Assembly: GCA_964012805.1 (NCBI GenBank)
Contig: CAXGUD010000035.1
Location: 1-36,919 of the forward strand
DNA from: an uncultured Bacteriovoracaceae bacterium
Lineage (GTDB): Bacteria; Bdellovibrionota; Bacteriovoracia; Bacteriovoracales; Bacteriovoracaceae
Length of the DNA: 36,919 nt
Direction: 5' to 3'
Under the pieces are notes generated by a model, which was not told the DNA's origin, did not search any database, and worked only from the letters and a program-made list of their open reading frames with translations. Positions within the stretch are counted from its first letter, which is position 1; each line of letters starts with the position of its first letter. The translations under genes were made by a program, and so were the position numbers. Positions 18,341-27,876 of this stretch are shown here, one piece after another.

Positions 18341-19342
18341 ATGCTAGGTGTCACATTAAAGCTCTCCCTCTCTATAGCTTTAATTTTTTGGCTCCTAAAA
18401 AGTGGGAAATTAGATTTCGCACTGACTTTCACCTTTTTTAGGGAACATATACCAACAGCTCTGTCATTTTTCTTTTTTTACTCTATCTGCTCTGCTTTAG
18501 GCGCACTCAGGTGGAAGATGCTTTTACAGTCCCAAGGACCTGAAAAATATTCCTTTATACCTATTTTAAAAACTCATTGGATAGGCCTTTTTTTTAACTC
18601 CATATTACCGGGAGCTGTTACCGGTGATTTAATCAAGCTTGCCTACAAAAAACATATAAACTCAACCTTAAGTAAAGCATTTTTCCTAGGAACAATCTTT
18701 TTGGATCGTTTAATTGGCCTTTTAAGCCTTATTACACTGATGGGTCTTTTTTCTCTTATTAATTACACTGAAATTACAGCCACCTCGAGCCATTTAAAAA
18801 ATATTGTGCACTTTAACTTTTTTATCTTTTTGGGTGCCATATTCTTAACAACTCTTTTGCTTCTTCCCAAAAAAGTGCAAACATTTTTTTTAAACCTTTT
18901 TAGCAAAGTTCCAAAAATTGGAAATAAAGCCAGTCACTTTTTCGAACAAATTTGGGTTATTGGAAGTAAAAGAATTCTTTTTTTAAACTGCCTTCTTTTG
19001 AGTGTAGTCATACAAGTCATTACAATTTTTCTGTTTTGGAAAGTTATTTCCCCTCTTACAAATCAAACATTTCCTTTATACCAAGCATTTATTGTTGCTC
19101 CCCTTGGTTTTATAAGTATGGCCTTACCTTTGGCCCCTAGTGGGCTTGGTGTTGGCCATGCAATTTTTGGAACTCTCCTTTCTTTTTTCCAGATAAAACA
19201 AGGGGCTTCTCTTTTCAACGTTTACTTTATTTGTGTGGTCTTCTTTAATTTGACAGGCTCAATCCCATACATAGTTTCAAGTTTGAAAGTAAAGTCCCAA
19301 AAGAACGACTTAAAAGAACTAAAGCCAACTCATGAAACTTAG
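18341..19342 (+). CDS. Lysylphosphatidylglycerol synthase TM-domain / flippase-like membrane protein (UPF0104-like)
   Basis: Multiple TM helices with ALRWKMLL, GLFFNSILPGAVTGDLIK, DRLIG and LPLAPSGLG motifs. Confidence 0.85.
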   Translation: MLGVTLKLSLSIALIFWLLKSGKLDFALTFTFFREHIPTALSFFFFYSICSALGALRWKMLLQSQGPEKYSFIPILKTHWIGLFFNSILPGAVTGDLIKLAYKKHINSTLSKAFFLGTIFLDRLIGLLSLITLMGLFSLINYTEITATSSHLKNIVHFNFFIFLGAIFLTTLLLLPKKVQTFFLNLFSKVPKIGNKASHFFEQIWVIGSKRILFLNCLLLSVVIQVITIFLFWKVISPLTNQTFPLYQAFIVAPLGFISMALPLAPSGLGVGHAIFGTLLSFFQIKQGASLFNVYFICVVFFNLTGSIPYIVSSLKVKSQKNDLKELKPTHET

Positions 19343-19968
19343 AGCTCAAAAGAAAAAATTCTGTCAGGTTCTATATGACCATATCTAACCCATTTAGTTT
19401 TTAAAGATTCAACCTTCAACAAAAAATCCGTTTCTTGTTTAATGTCATTAAGTTTTCTTAGCTTTTTTGACTGTTTTCGGAGCTTTCCCCTAATCTCTTT
19501 CGGTAGTAGACATAAACCAGCTAGTAAATAATGGTTATCTTCCCATTTTATCGTTCTGCCAATAAAGATATCTTCTTTGAGAAGTCCCGGTGGGTTGCTT
19601 TCTTTTGGAAGAACAAACTTATAGTTATGAAGTACGTCTTTAAAGCCACAAAAGCCTCTAAACGTTTTTCCACAGTATTCAAAGAGGGAGTAATTCATCC
19701 CTTTCAAAGAATTACTCAAAGCCTCATCCAATTCATGTTCTTCAACATAATCAAAAATAGCTGCACGACTAGATAGCTTAGATACAAATTGAAAAATATA
19801 CCAGTCATTGAAAGAATTCATACGAAGTTCATAATCTTCATCGTCTTCATTAACCTGTCCAGTTAGGTTAAAGTACTCATCCTTTGCCTCCAAAAGCCTT
19901 TCGTAATGACTCCCCGAGGTGTAGTGAGTTAGCACCCTTTCTAAATGTAACTTTATTTCGTTTTTCAT
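19339..19968 (-). CDS. Hypothetical protein (209 aa)
   Basis: Full-length ORF with protein-like composition (AKDEYFNLTG, RMNSFNDWYIF); no function recognised. Confidence 0.8.
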   Translation of the reverse strand: MKNEIKLHLERVLTHYTSGSHYERLLEAKDEYFNLTGQVNEDDEDYELRMNSFNDWYIFQFVSKLSSRAAIFDYVEEHELDEALSNSLKGMNYSLFEYCGKTFRGFCGFKDVLHNYKFVLPKESNPPGLLKEDIFIGRTIKWEDNHYLLAGLCLLPKEIRGKLRKQSKKLRKLNDIKQETDFLLKVESLKTKWVRYGHIEPDRIFSFEL

Positions 19969-20015
19969 ATAAGCTAAAGTATGAACACTAAAAGAAAAAT
20001 TGGCCAGTCAAATCA

Positions 20016-20034
20016 CAACAACAACTTGTTGTTG
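20016..20034. repeat. Perfect 19-bp palindrome CAACAACAA-C-TTGTTGTTG
   Basis: 9-bp arms around one central base, 3 bp after the lepA stop codon. Confidence 0.8.
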
Positions 20035-20037
20035 GAG

Positions 20038-21843
20038 TTAATCCTCTACTTTCAATACTGCTAAAAAAGCTTCTTGAGGTACTTCGACACTACCTACCAT
20101 TTTCATTCTCTTTTTACCTTTCTTTTGCTTTTCAAGAAGCTTTCTTTTTCTCGATATATCACCACCATAACACTTCGCAAGAACATTTTTTCTCAAAGCC
20201 TTAACAGTTTCCCTCGCCAAGATTTTAGCGCCAACTGCTGCCTGGATAGCAATATCGAACTGTTGACGGTTAATAAGCTTTTGAAGTTTAGAAGTTAAAG
20301 CCCTTCCCTTAAATTGTGCACTTTGCCTGTGGGTTATCAAAGAAAGAGCATCCACACTATCTCCATTAAGGAGGATATCAAGCTTCACTAAGTCAGATTC
20401 TTGATAACCTATAACTTCATAATCCATGCTTGCATAACCTTTACTTAAGCCCTTCAGCTTATCATAAAAATCAAAAACCATTTCACTTAGAGGTAGGTTA
20501 TAAATTAACTGTACCCTATCCGTAGTAATATACTTTATTTGTTTTTGCTCACCCCTTCTTTCAGTACATAGCTTAATAATCTTACCAACAAACTCATTTG
20601 GTAGATGGATTGAGATTTCTACCATTGGTTCACTTATTGATTCTATCAATGATATATCAGGCAGTTCTGATGGGTTATCTATAACAAGCTCTTCACCCTT
20701 TGAAGTTCTGACTTTGTAACTACATGAGGGGGCTGTTGAAATAAGGTTTAGCTCAAACTCTCTTTCTAACCTCTCTTGTATAATATTCATGTGTAATAAA
20801 CCCAAAAAGCCACATCTAAAACCAAGACCCAGAGCAGTCGAGTTCTCGGGTTCATAGCTAAAAGAGCTGTCGTTAAGGGCCAATTTTTCCAAAGAGTCCT
20901 TTAAAATTTCATAATCAACAGAGTCAACTGGAAAAATTCCGCAGAAAACCATCTGCTTAATTTCTTTAAAACCTTCAAGTGCAGGGGTTTTATCCTTACT
21001 CTTTGAACTTATAATTGTATCTCCAACACTCACATCCCGAATGGTCTTGATTCCACAAATAATCATCCCTACTTCACCTGCTCCTAATTCTTTGACTTCA
21101 TTAAAGAAGGGATTATTTACAGCTAACTTTAGGACCTCATAGGTTTGATCGGAGTACTTAAATGTAATCTTATCTTTTATATTTATTTTTCCCTCAAAGA
21201 CTCTCACCAGTACGATTACTCCTTGATACGGATCAAACCATGAATCAAATATGAGAGCTTGAAGAGGATTATCTGAAGAGCCTTGAGGGGAAGGGACTCT
21301 CTCAACAATTGTTTCAAGAAGGCCTTCAATACCTAAACCAGACTTAGCTGAAACTTCGTTAGCATCGCTCGCATCAATTCCAATGATCTCCTCAATTTCC
21401 TCTTTAACCCTATCAGAGTCAGCATGAGGTAGGTCTATTTTATTCAGAACTGGTAGAACTTCGACATCATTTTCAATAGCCATGTAAACATTTGCTAATG
21501 TTTGAGCCTCTACCCCTTGCGAAGCATCCACAACAAGCAAAGCTCCATCACAAGAAGCCAAGGAACGGCTTACTTCATAAGAAAAATCGACGTGACCTGG
21601 AGTGTCCAAAAGGTTTAAAAAATAAGTTTCTCCATCTTTTTTAGACTTGTAAGTGATCCTTACAGTCTGAGCCTTAATGGTTATACCCCGCTCCTTTTCA
21701 ATATCCATATTATCTAAAAGGCGGTCTTCGGACTCTCTCTGGGAAACAGTATTAGTTTTCTCCATTAACCTATCGGCTAGAGTCGACTTGCCGTGATCGA
21801 TATGGGCAATAATAGAAAAATTTCTTATTTTTGTAATATCCAT
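20038..21843 (-). CDS. lepA: Translation elongation factor 4
   Basis: [66 protein letters not shown]. Confidence 0.99.
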   Translation of the reverse strand: MDITKIRNFSIIAHIDHGKSTLADRLMEKTNTVSQRESEDRLLDNMDIEKERGITIKAQTVRITYKSKKDGETYFLNLLDTPGHVDFSYEVSRSLASCDGALLVVDASQGVEAQTLANVYMAIENDVEVLPVLNKIDLPHADSDRVKEEIEEIIGIDASDANEVSAKSGLGIEGLLETIVERVPSPQGSSDNPLQALIFDSWFDPYQGVIVLVRVFEGKINIKDKITFKYSDQTYEVLKLAVNNPFFNEVKELGAGEVGMIICGIKTIRDVSVGDTIISSKSKDKTPALEGFKEIKQMVFCGIFPVDSVDYEILKDSLEKLALNDSSFSYEPENSTALGLGFRCGFLGLLHMNIIQERLEREFELNLISTAPSCSYKVRTSKGEELVIDNPSELPDISLIESISEPMVEISIHLPNEFVGKIIKLCTERRGEQKQIKYITTDRVQLIYNLPLSEMVFDFYDKLKGLSKGYASMDYEVIGYQESDLVKLDILLNGDSVDALSLITHRQSAQFKGRALTSKLQKLINRQQFDIAIQAAVGAKILARETVKALRKNVLAKCYGGDISRKRKLLEKQKKGKKRMKMVGSVEVPQEAFLAVLKVED

Positions 21844-21895
21844 AAAAAAAAACCCAATTCAAGATAGATGGTGTTTGCCTAAACTCAATTGAGAC

Positions 21896-23113
21896 TCAAA
21901 CAAACATTTCGGTGGAAAGTACCATAAGGTAGTAATCAAGGGAACTTTCTTTTCCACGAATTGGAATGACATTCCCATAACCTGAAAAAACAACTTCTTG
22001 CAACTCTATCTCCTTCTCTTTTCCCTCTTTTTCAACCTCAACTTCGACAATTTCAACGCTAAGCCCCGATTCTTCTTCACCATCAACCTTCGGTTTCGCA
22101 GGAATAACAACTTTCATATTTTCAATCTTTGAACGCCTTTTTATGGCCATTTTATAACACTCTATAATGCTCTTTGGCACGAGAGTTTCATCCATAACCT
22201 TTCCAATAACATCCTCTGATTGAACCCTCATCAGATTGTATAGTGAACCGTTCATATAAATGATTTTGTTATCTGCGTTAGCCACAAGGACTGGCTTTTT
22301 ACCCATATTTGCAAGAGCATCAAACTTCCTATTCTCCAAAGAAATTCTGTTCATTCGAAGCTCTTCAAACGTTTTAAAACTATGTATCATTTTATTCATT
22401 TCACGAGCAATCTCACCAATCTCATCATCTTGATTATAAAAAATTGAAACATCAAAGTTACACTCCTGGAGTTCTCTCAATGCATCCTTGATCTTTTTAA
22501 AGGGTAGAGCAATCTTTCCTGGGACAATAAAACCAAGAAGAATTGTGGCAAAAAAACCAATGATCAGGGTAAACATCATTTTCTTTTTGGTATCTTTAAT
22601 AATTTCTCTAATTTGCTGATCACGCTTCATCGACTGATTGTCTTGAAGCTCCTGTAATTTTGTAAAAACATTTAAAATCTTTTCAAAAAAGTCACCAATA
22701 CTCTTTCTAAGTCCTACAATATTCTTGTGAAAGGATGATGACTTCTTTAAGACAATTTCTAGGGAAGTGACATAAGCCAGCAATTCACTAAGCTCTTTTT
22801 GACCTTGAGACTTCTCATCAAGTAAACCTTTCAACTGATTCTTGCTTATTTTCAATTTATTTCTAAGTCTACTCAAAGAAGATTTTGATGGTTTTTTACT
22901 TACGAGAATTACCCCTTGAGTCTCCAAAATTTGTAGGGTTGAAAGCCTGACTTCATTTGTAAGAGATGAAATCCTCATTGATTTACTGGTTATACTTTCA
23001 ATATTTGTATTCAAGTTATGTAGGAAGTGAAAAACAACAAAAGAAAGAACTAACACAGCCAAGTTAGCTATAATAAAACTAATCGCAATTCTCTTTTTTA
23101 AAGAAAGATTCAA
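21896..23113 (-). CDS. Membrane sensor-like protein: TM - extracytoplasmic helical domain - TM - HAMP - PAS-like, no output domain
   Basis: Two TM helices; HAMP (IALPFKKIKDALREL...QDDEIGEIAREMNKM); PAS-like (PVLVANADNKIIYMN...EDVIGK); ends without kinase, GGDEF or MCP motifs. TTG start with SD GGAG. Confidence 0.8.
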   Translation of the reverse strand: MNLSLKKRIAISFIIANLAVLVLSFVVFHFLHNLNTNIESITSKSMRISSLTNEVRLSTLQILETQGVILVSKKPSKSSLSRLRNKLKISKNQLKGLLDEKSQGQKELSELLAYVTSLEIVLKKSSSFHKNIVGLRKSIGDFFEKILNVFTKLQELQDNQSMKRDQQIREIIKDTKKKMMFTLIIGFFATILLGFIVPGKIALPFKKIKDALRELQECNFDVSIFYNQDDEIGEIAREMNKMIHSFKTFEELRMNRISLENRKFDALANMGKKPVLVANADNKIIYMNGSLYNLMRVQSEDVIGKVMDETLVPKSIIECYKMAIKRRSKIENMKVVIPAKPKVDGEEESGLSVEIVEVEVEKEGKEKEIELQEVVFSGYGNVIPIRGKESSLDYYLMVLSTEMFV

Positions 23114-23173
23114 CTCAATACTCCAAAAGCGCTGTGCTTAGACCCTCTTCCCAACTAATCATGACCCTAAACA

Positions 23174-23869
23174 TTAAGCTTCTTCCAAATCACCGAATAA
23201 TCTGTTGAAGTTTTTCTCAGAGCCAACAAGCACCACAACATCATTAGGCTCTATTACATCCATCGGCATAGGACAGTCATTTATATCTACTCTATAGGCT
23301 GACTTCCCTTCATCTGTTATATAAGGCCTTTTCTTCTGCAGAGCAACTATATTTAGATTGTAATTCTGTCGGATTTTACTCTCAACTAAAGATTTCCCCT
23401 CGAACTTTTTACCTAGCCTAACTTCAACAATCGAATAACCGGCAGCAAAGTTATACCTTTGCAATACGTGTGGAGCAATAATTTGAGAGGCAATAATTTC
23501 TCCCATTTCTTCCTCAACCTTAATAATCTCACTTGCACCGATTTCCTCAAGAACGTGTTGATGAAGTGCACTTGTAGCTCTAGCAATAACCCTACCAACC
23601 CCTAGTTTTCTTAACATAGCAACGGCCATAACACTCATTTCAACGTTATCACCTATTCCTACAATAGCGACGTCCACATCTGATATGTTAACTGATCTAA
23701 GAGAACGTTCATCAGTAACATTTAGCGAAACTGCGTGAGTCACCCGATCCTTAATTTTTTCGACAAGGTGATCATCTTTATCAATAGCTATTACCTCTGC
23801 TCCTTTTTCAAAGAGCCTTACAGCAGTTTTTGCCCCGAATGTTCCCAAACCTATAACAGCGACTATCAT
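23174..23869 (-). CDS. ktrA: Ktr/Trk K+ uptake regulatory subunit (RCK; TrkA_N + TrkA_C)
   Basis: VIGLGTFG nucleotide-binding motif, DVAIVGIG, IARA, C-terminal GKSLVESKIRQNYNLNIVAL; adjacent to a KtrB/TrkH gene. Confidence 0.88.
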   Translation of the reverse strand: MIVAVIGLGTFGAKTAVRLFEKGAEVIAIDKDDHLVEKIKDRVTHAVSLNVTDERSLRSVNISDVDVAIVGIGDNVEMSVMAVAMLRKLGVGRVIARATSALHQHVLEEIGASEIIKVEEEMGEIIASQIIAPHVLQRYNFAAGYSIVEVRLGKKFEGKSLVESKIRQNYNLNIVALQKKRPYITDEGKSAYRVDINDCPMPMDVIEPNDVVVLVGSEKNFNRLFGDLEEA

Positions 23870-23907
23870 TCTTTAAACTCCCTCTCTGTATATTCAAGCA
23901 AAACTCG

Positions 23908-25638
23908 TTAACCCATCATGATTTTTCCATCTGGATACTCAATGTCCCCAGGCAATTTTTCCCTCTGAGCTACGGCGAGTATTAGAGTAAGAGGACCGAT
24001 TCGCCCTATTAACATCAAAATGGCTATTAAAGACTTCCCAAGTAAAGAAAGGGAAGGAGTTACACCTAAACTTAACCCTACTGTCCCTCCTGCACTTACC
24101 ACCTCAAAAAAGATTGGTAAATAAGAGGTCGTTTCAGACTCAGCTAACATCAAGATAAGTATGAAAACTAAAGTAACGATTATGGATATGACTGCTAAAG
24201 CAGTGGCCCTTACAACCATAGGAGAAGGAATAACCCGATCAAATAATCCAACCTTTTTTCTTCCAAGCAAGGTTGATCTAATACCGGCAAAAAGAATCGC
24301 AAGAGTTGTCGTTTTGATACCACCACCAGTTGATCCAGGGCTCGCTCCTACAAACATAAAAAATACCATCCCAAAAATAGTAAATGGAGAAAAACTAGTT
24401 AGAGGCACGGTATTAAAACCCGCTGTTCTCATTGTGATAGACTGAAAAAATGATACCTGTATCTTCTCCCACAAAGTAAACTTATCAAAAGAATTTAAAA
24501 ACTCACTAAAAAAGATAAAGAGCATCCCCACCACTGTTAACACTATTGAAATTGATAAAACTACCTTAGTATGAAGGGAAAGCCTGGCCAAACTTCTCCT
24601 TAGAACAATGAATTCCTTTAATTCTTTGAGAACTATAAAGCCCAACCCACCTAAAATAATTAAAAATGCTATAGTCCCATGAACAGTTGGGTTAACAGCA
24701 TAACTCTCTAAAGAGTCGTCAAATAAGGAAAATCCAGCATTACAAAAAGCGGATATACTATGGAAAATACCGTAATAAAGGGCCTTACCAAATTCAAACC
24801 CTTCATCATAAAAAGCTAATGTAAGAACAATAGCACCCCAAAGTTCAATGAAGAAAGTATATTTAACTATATTACCTACCATAGCGAGCAAGTCTTCCAA
24901 GCTAGATATATCCAATAAATCCTGCATTATAACCCGATCTTTTACGCCTAGAGACTTACCAAGTAAAATCGCCATCGATGAGTAAAGAGTCATAATACTT
25001 AACCCACCAATTTGAATGAGTATTAAAATAACTATTTGTCCAAAAAAACTAAAACTTTGATTTAAAGAAAAAGTTGTCAAACCAGTTACACATGTCGCTG
25101 ATGTGGCCATAAAAAGCCCATCAATAAATGACATATTTACACCTTCTTTCTGAGATACAGGTAAAAGAAGTAGAAAAGTCCCTAAAAGAATAACTGCAGA
25201 AAAAGAAAACAAAACAAGCTGAGCAGGTCTAAGCTTAATACCTTGAAAGATGGCGTACCCCTGCCTCTGTTTTCTAATTCCCTCATCGGTATCATCATCA
25301 TAAATAGTCAGTACGGAAGATAAAAGATGGGCTGAGGATAACCAGAAGGCAAACTCAACATCTCCCCAAGTTATAACTAGAGGAACAAAAATAACTAAGG
25401 AAAAAACATATTTCCTAACGAACTCCTCAAGACTACCTGCTTCAAGATAGTTCGTGAAAACAACCAAAGCAATAACGATTGGAATAAAAAAAGCTCCAGT
25501 CTCTATATAGTCCTTAAGTTCACCGCTCTGAAACTGAAAAGGAATCTTATCTGCGCTTCTCAAGGAGAAAAGAAGTATAAAAGAGCCATTAAAAAAAAGC
25601 TCAATGAGAAAAGGAAATTTTTTAAATACCTGAGACAT
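23908..25638 (-). CDS. ktrB: Ktr/Trk K+ uptake membrane subunit (KtrB/TrkH family) with N-terminal membrane extension
   Basis: Four pore-loop motifs SATCVTGL, SAFCNAGF, MRTAGF and SAGGTVGL; GASPGSTGGGIK; GRIGPLT. Confidence 0.92.
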   Translation of the reverse strand: MSQVFKKFPFLIELFFNGSFILLFSLRSADKIPFQFQSGELKDYIETGAFFIPIVIALVVFTNYLEAGSLEEFVRKYVFSLVIFVPLVITWGDVEFAFWLSSAHLLSSVLTIYDDDTDEGIRKQRQGYAIFQGIKLRPAQLVLFSFSAVILLGTFLLLLPVSQKEGVNMSFIDGLFMATSATCVTGLTTFSLNQSFSFFGQIVILILIQIGGLSIMTLYSSMAILLGKSLGVKDRVIMQDLLDISSLEDLLAMVGNIVKYTFFIELWGAIVLTLAFYDEGFEFGKALYYGIFHSISAFCNAGFSLFDDSLESYAVNPTVHGTIAFLIILGGLGFIVLKELKEFIVLRRSLARLSLHTKVVLSISIVLTVVGMLFIFFSEFLNSFDKFTLWEKIQVSFFQSITMRTAGFNTVPLTSFSPFTIFGMVFFMFVGASPGSTGGGIKTTTLAILFAGIRSTLLGRKKVGLFDRVIPSPMVVRATALAVISIIVTLVFILILMLAESETTSYLPIFFEVVSAGGTVGLSLGVTPSLSLLGKSLIAILMLIGRIGPLTLILAVAQREKLPGDIEYPDGKIMMG

Positions 25639-25771
25639 ATAACCATCTTAATATCATTTAAACTTTTTTTAATCTAGGTATCTTCTTTACATCAAATTCT
25701 TAAGCTAGAAAAAATAATTGAACAAACCATGCCAAAGACGCATCACACAACAAAACTCATCAGGATTAGTT

Positions 25772-25800
25772 TTGATTTAATTAGCTAAAATCGTTAAAAT
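25772..25800 (+). promoter_or_regulatory. Putative sigma70 promoter of the TPR lipoprotein-rodZ unit
   Basis: TTGATT-17 bp-TAAAAT, 38 bp upstream of the ORF start. Confidence 0.55.
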
Positions 25801-25838
25801 GGAACTGTGAAAGCTTGGAAGAAAACCAAAACCAGTAG

Positions 25839-26750
25839 ATGGAGAAGATGAGTTCTAAAAAATTCAACCTTTTAAATTACCTTTTTCTTTTCCTATTCCA
25901 GTCTTGTTCCCTCCTTACAGGAAACGATACCAAAACAAACAAAGATAAAAGAGCTGACATTTATTATTCTCATGGAACATCCAAGCTTATTTTAAAAGAT
26001 TACACAAATGCTCTCAAGTTCCTATTAAAAGCAAAGGCTCTAAGACCTAATGACACGAAGATTTTAAATAATCTGGCCATGACCTATTATTTCAAAAAAG
26101 ATTTTAAAAAAAGCCAAGAAAGTTTTTTAAAAGCATTGCGCGCCAATCCAGAAAACTCCGATGCCAGAAACAATTTAGCCTCGCTTTACTTTAAGAGAGG
26201 TTTTCTAAAAAGAGCAGAGAAAGAGTACCTAAGAGTGCTTGAAGACCTTATATATCCTCATCAGTATAGAGTTCACTACAATTTGGCCCTCATTTACCTA
26301 AAAAGGGGTAAAGTCAAAAGTGTCCTCAAGCATTTAAAAAGCTCAATTGCAGGAAAAAAGGATTATTGCCCAGCAAAATTCCAACTAGGAGAACTCTACT
26401 TCTCACAAAAGCTTTACCAATTAGCACACAAAAACTTCCTAGAAGCTTCTAAAGGTACCTGCTACGGAGAACCAGCTCCACACTTTAAACAAGCTCTAGC
26501 CTTAGAAAAGCTTGGGAAACCACAAGAAGCTCTAAAAAAATATGAACTAATTATTGAAAAGTTTCCAGACAGTAACTTTGGAAAATTCGCAAAGAAAAGA
26601 TCTCGCAATATAGTAAAATCTTCTTTTATGAAAAGTACTGAACTTTTGAAAATTGAAAACAAAAAAGATAACCTAAAAGCTTTTAAATTATTTGAAGACT
26701 TCGAAAATCAAAAGAATACTGAAATAATGACTACTTCTCCTCGTTTTTAA
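25839..26750 (+). CDS. TPR lipoprotein, PilF/PilW/Tgl pilotin-like
   Basis: Lipobox FQSC; tandem TPRs (ILNNLAMTY, ARNNLASLY, VHYNLALIY); DLIYP motif; two Cys in late TPRs; directly upstream of rodZ as in pilW-rodZ operons. Confidence 0.8.
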   Translation: MEKMSSKKFNLLNYLFLFLFQSCSLLTGNDTKTNKDKRADIYYSHGTSKLILKDYTNALKFLLKAKALRPNDTKILNNLAMTYYFKKDFKKSQESFLKALRANPENSDARNNLASLYFKRGFLKRAEKEYLRVLEDLIYPHQYRVHYNLALIYLKRGKVKSVLKHLKSSIAGKKDYCPAKFQLGELYFSQKLYQLAHKNFLEASKGTCYGEPAPHFKQALALEKLGKPQEALKKYELIIEKFPDSNFGKFAKKRSRNIVKSSFMKSTELLKIENKKDNLKAFKLFEDFENQKNTEIMTTSPRF

Positions 26751-26766
26751 GAAAAGGTAGGATAAA

Positions 26767-27855
26767 ATGGATCAAACACAAGAAACGACTTCCAATGCTG
26801 TAAAGAACGACTTCAAAACTATTGGTAGTTTTCTAAAAAAACAAAGAGAACAGCAAGAAATTCCTCTAAAAATTATTTCTCGGACTACCAAAATAAGTAC
26901 TACCCTTCTTGAATTACTTGAAGGAGATGAGCTTAGCCAACTCCCTAACAAAGCTTACGTGAAAGGATTTGTTAAATCATATTGTAAGGCCCTATCAATT
27001 AACCAAAAAGAGTGCCTAAACCTACTGGAAAAAACCTATTTAAATCAATTTCCTCAAAGGCAAGCGAATAATTTGGTGAAAGAGTATTCTACTCCTTCTT
27101 CATCAAAAAAGCCTAAAGCTATGACGGCTATTTTTGCAGTGACAATGGGACTTGTCGCTTTTTCTTACCTTTTTAATGACAAGGGTACCTCAAAACAAGA
27201 AGAAACCTCATTTGAAACAATTTCTCACCAGTCTCTAACAATTAAAACTCCTCTTAAAGAAACAAAAGACGAAGTAAAGCTTGCGCAAAACTCTATTAAA
27301 AAAAATAATCCCGAAACTACTCTGACAACAAAAAAACAAAATCAAAATGAGAAAGAAAGTAACCAAATAAAAAAAGAAGTTATTGCTAAAAAAGAAAACA
27401 AAAAAGTTGAAACAGATGAAAAGGTAAAAAAGTACAAGTTTTCTCCTATAAAAGGAGAGCTTTTTACCTATAAGACGGAAATCAACCAGAACGATTTGAA
27501 ACTTTTACCAAAAAGCGTTCAACAGGATACTTCTCCACAAAAAGTTTATATCAAGGCAATGAATGGTGAGACATGGATTACTTATAAAGTCGATGACAAG
27601 CCCATAAGGCAGCTATTTCTTAAAAAAGATAAGAGCCTTTTTATAAAGGGGGGAGAAATGAGAATTTTTCTTGGGAATATAAATGCGACAAAAATCTTTG
27701 TTAATAATAAGCCTATATCCTATTCATCAAGAACAGGTGTAAAAAGCCTTGTTATTCCAAAAAGAAATACTAGTAAATACCAACTACCTTTATTCGTTTT
27801 TGAAGACAGTGGCAGAGCGAGAACTTCTGAGGAAGTTATCAAAGAAAAATTATAA
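26767..27855 (+). CDS. rodZ: RodZ-like cytoskeleton protein (HTH, single TM, C-terminal periplasmic domain)
   Basis: IGSFLKKQRE...LPNKAYVKGFVKSYCKAL HTH; TM segment; low-complexity linker; TWITYKVDD...IFLGN C-terminal domain. Confidence 0.85.
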   Translation: MDQTQETTSNAVKNDFKTIGSFLKKQREQQEIPLKIISRTTKISTTLLELLEGDELSQLPNKAYVKGFVKSYCKALSINQKECLNLLEKTYLNQFPQRQANNLVKEYSTPSSSKKPKAMTAIFAVTMGLVAFSYLFNDKGTSKQEETSFETISHQSLTIKTPLKETKDEVKLAQNSIKKNNPETTLTTKKQNQNEKESNQIKKEVIAKKENKKVETDEKVKKYKFSPIKGELFTYKTEINQNDLKLLPKSVQQDTSPQKVYIKAMNGETWITYKVDDKPIRQLFLKKDKSLFIKGGEMRIFLGNINATKIFVNNKPISYSSRTGVKSLVIPKRNTSKYQLPLFVFEDSGRARTSEEVIKEKL

Positions 27856-27876
27856 AAAAGCTCGTTTGCATTTAAT

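Noticed and set aside
25719..25735. Sigma54-like TGGCATG upstream of ktrB (minus strand)
   Set aside because: The -12 position reads TC rather than the essential GC.
15009..27867. Shared 12-mer AAAAGCTCGTTT after the stops of the NifU gene (15009) and rodZ (27856)
   Set aside because: Matches of 12 bases are expected by chance many times in 37 kb of AT-rich DNA; only two copies and no structure.
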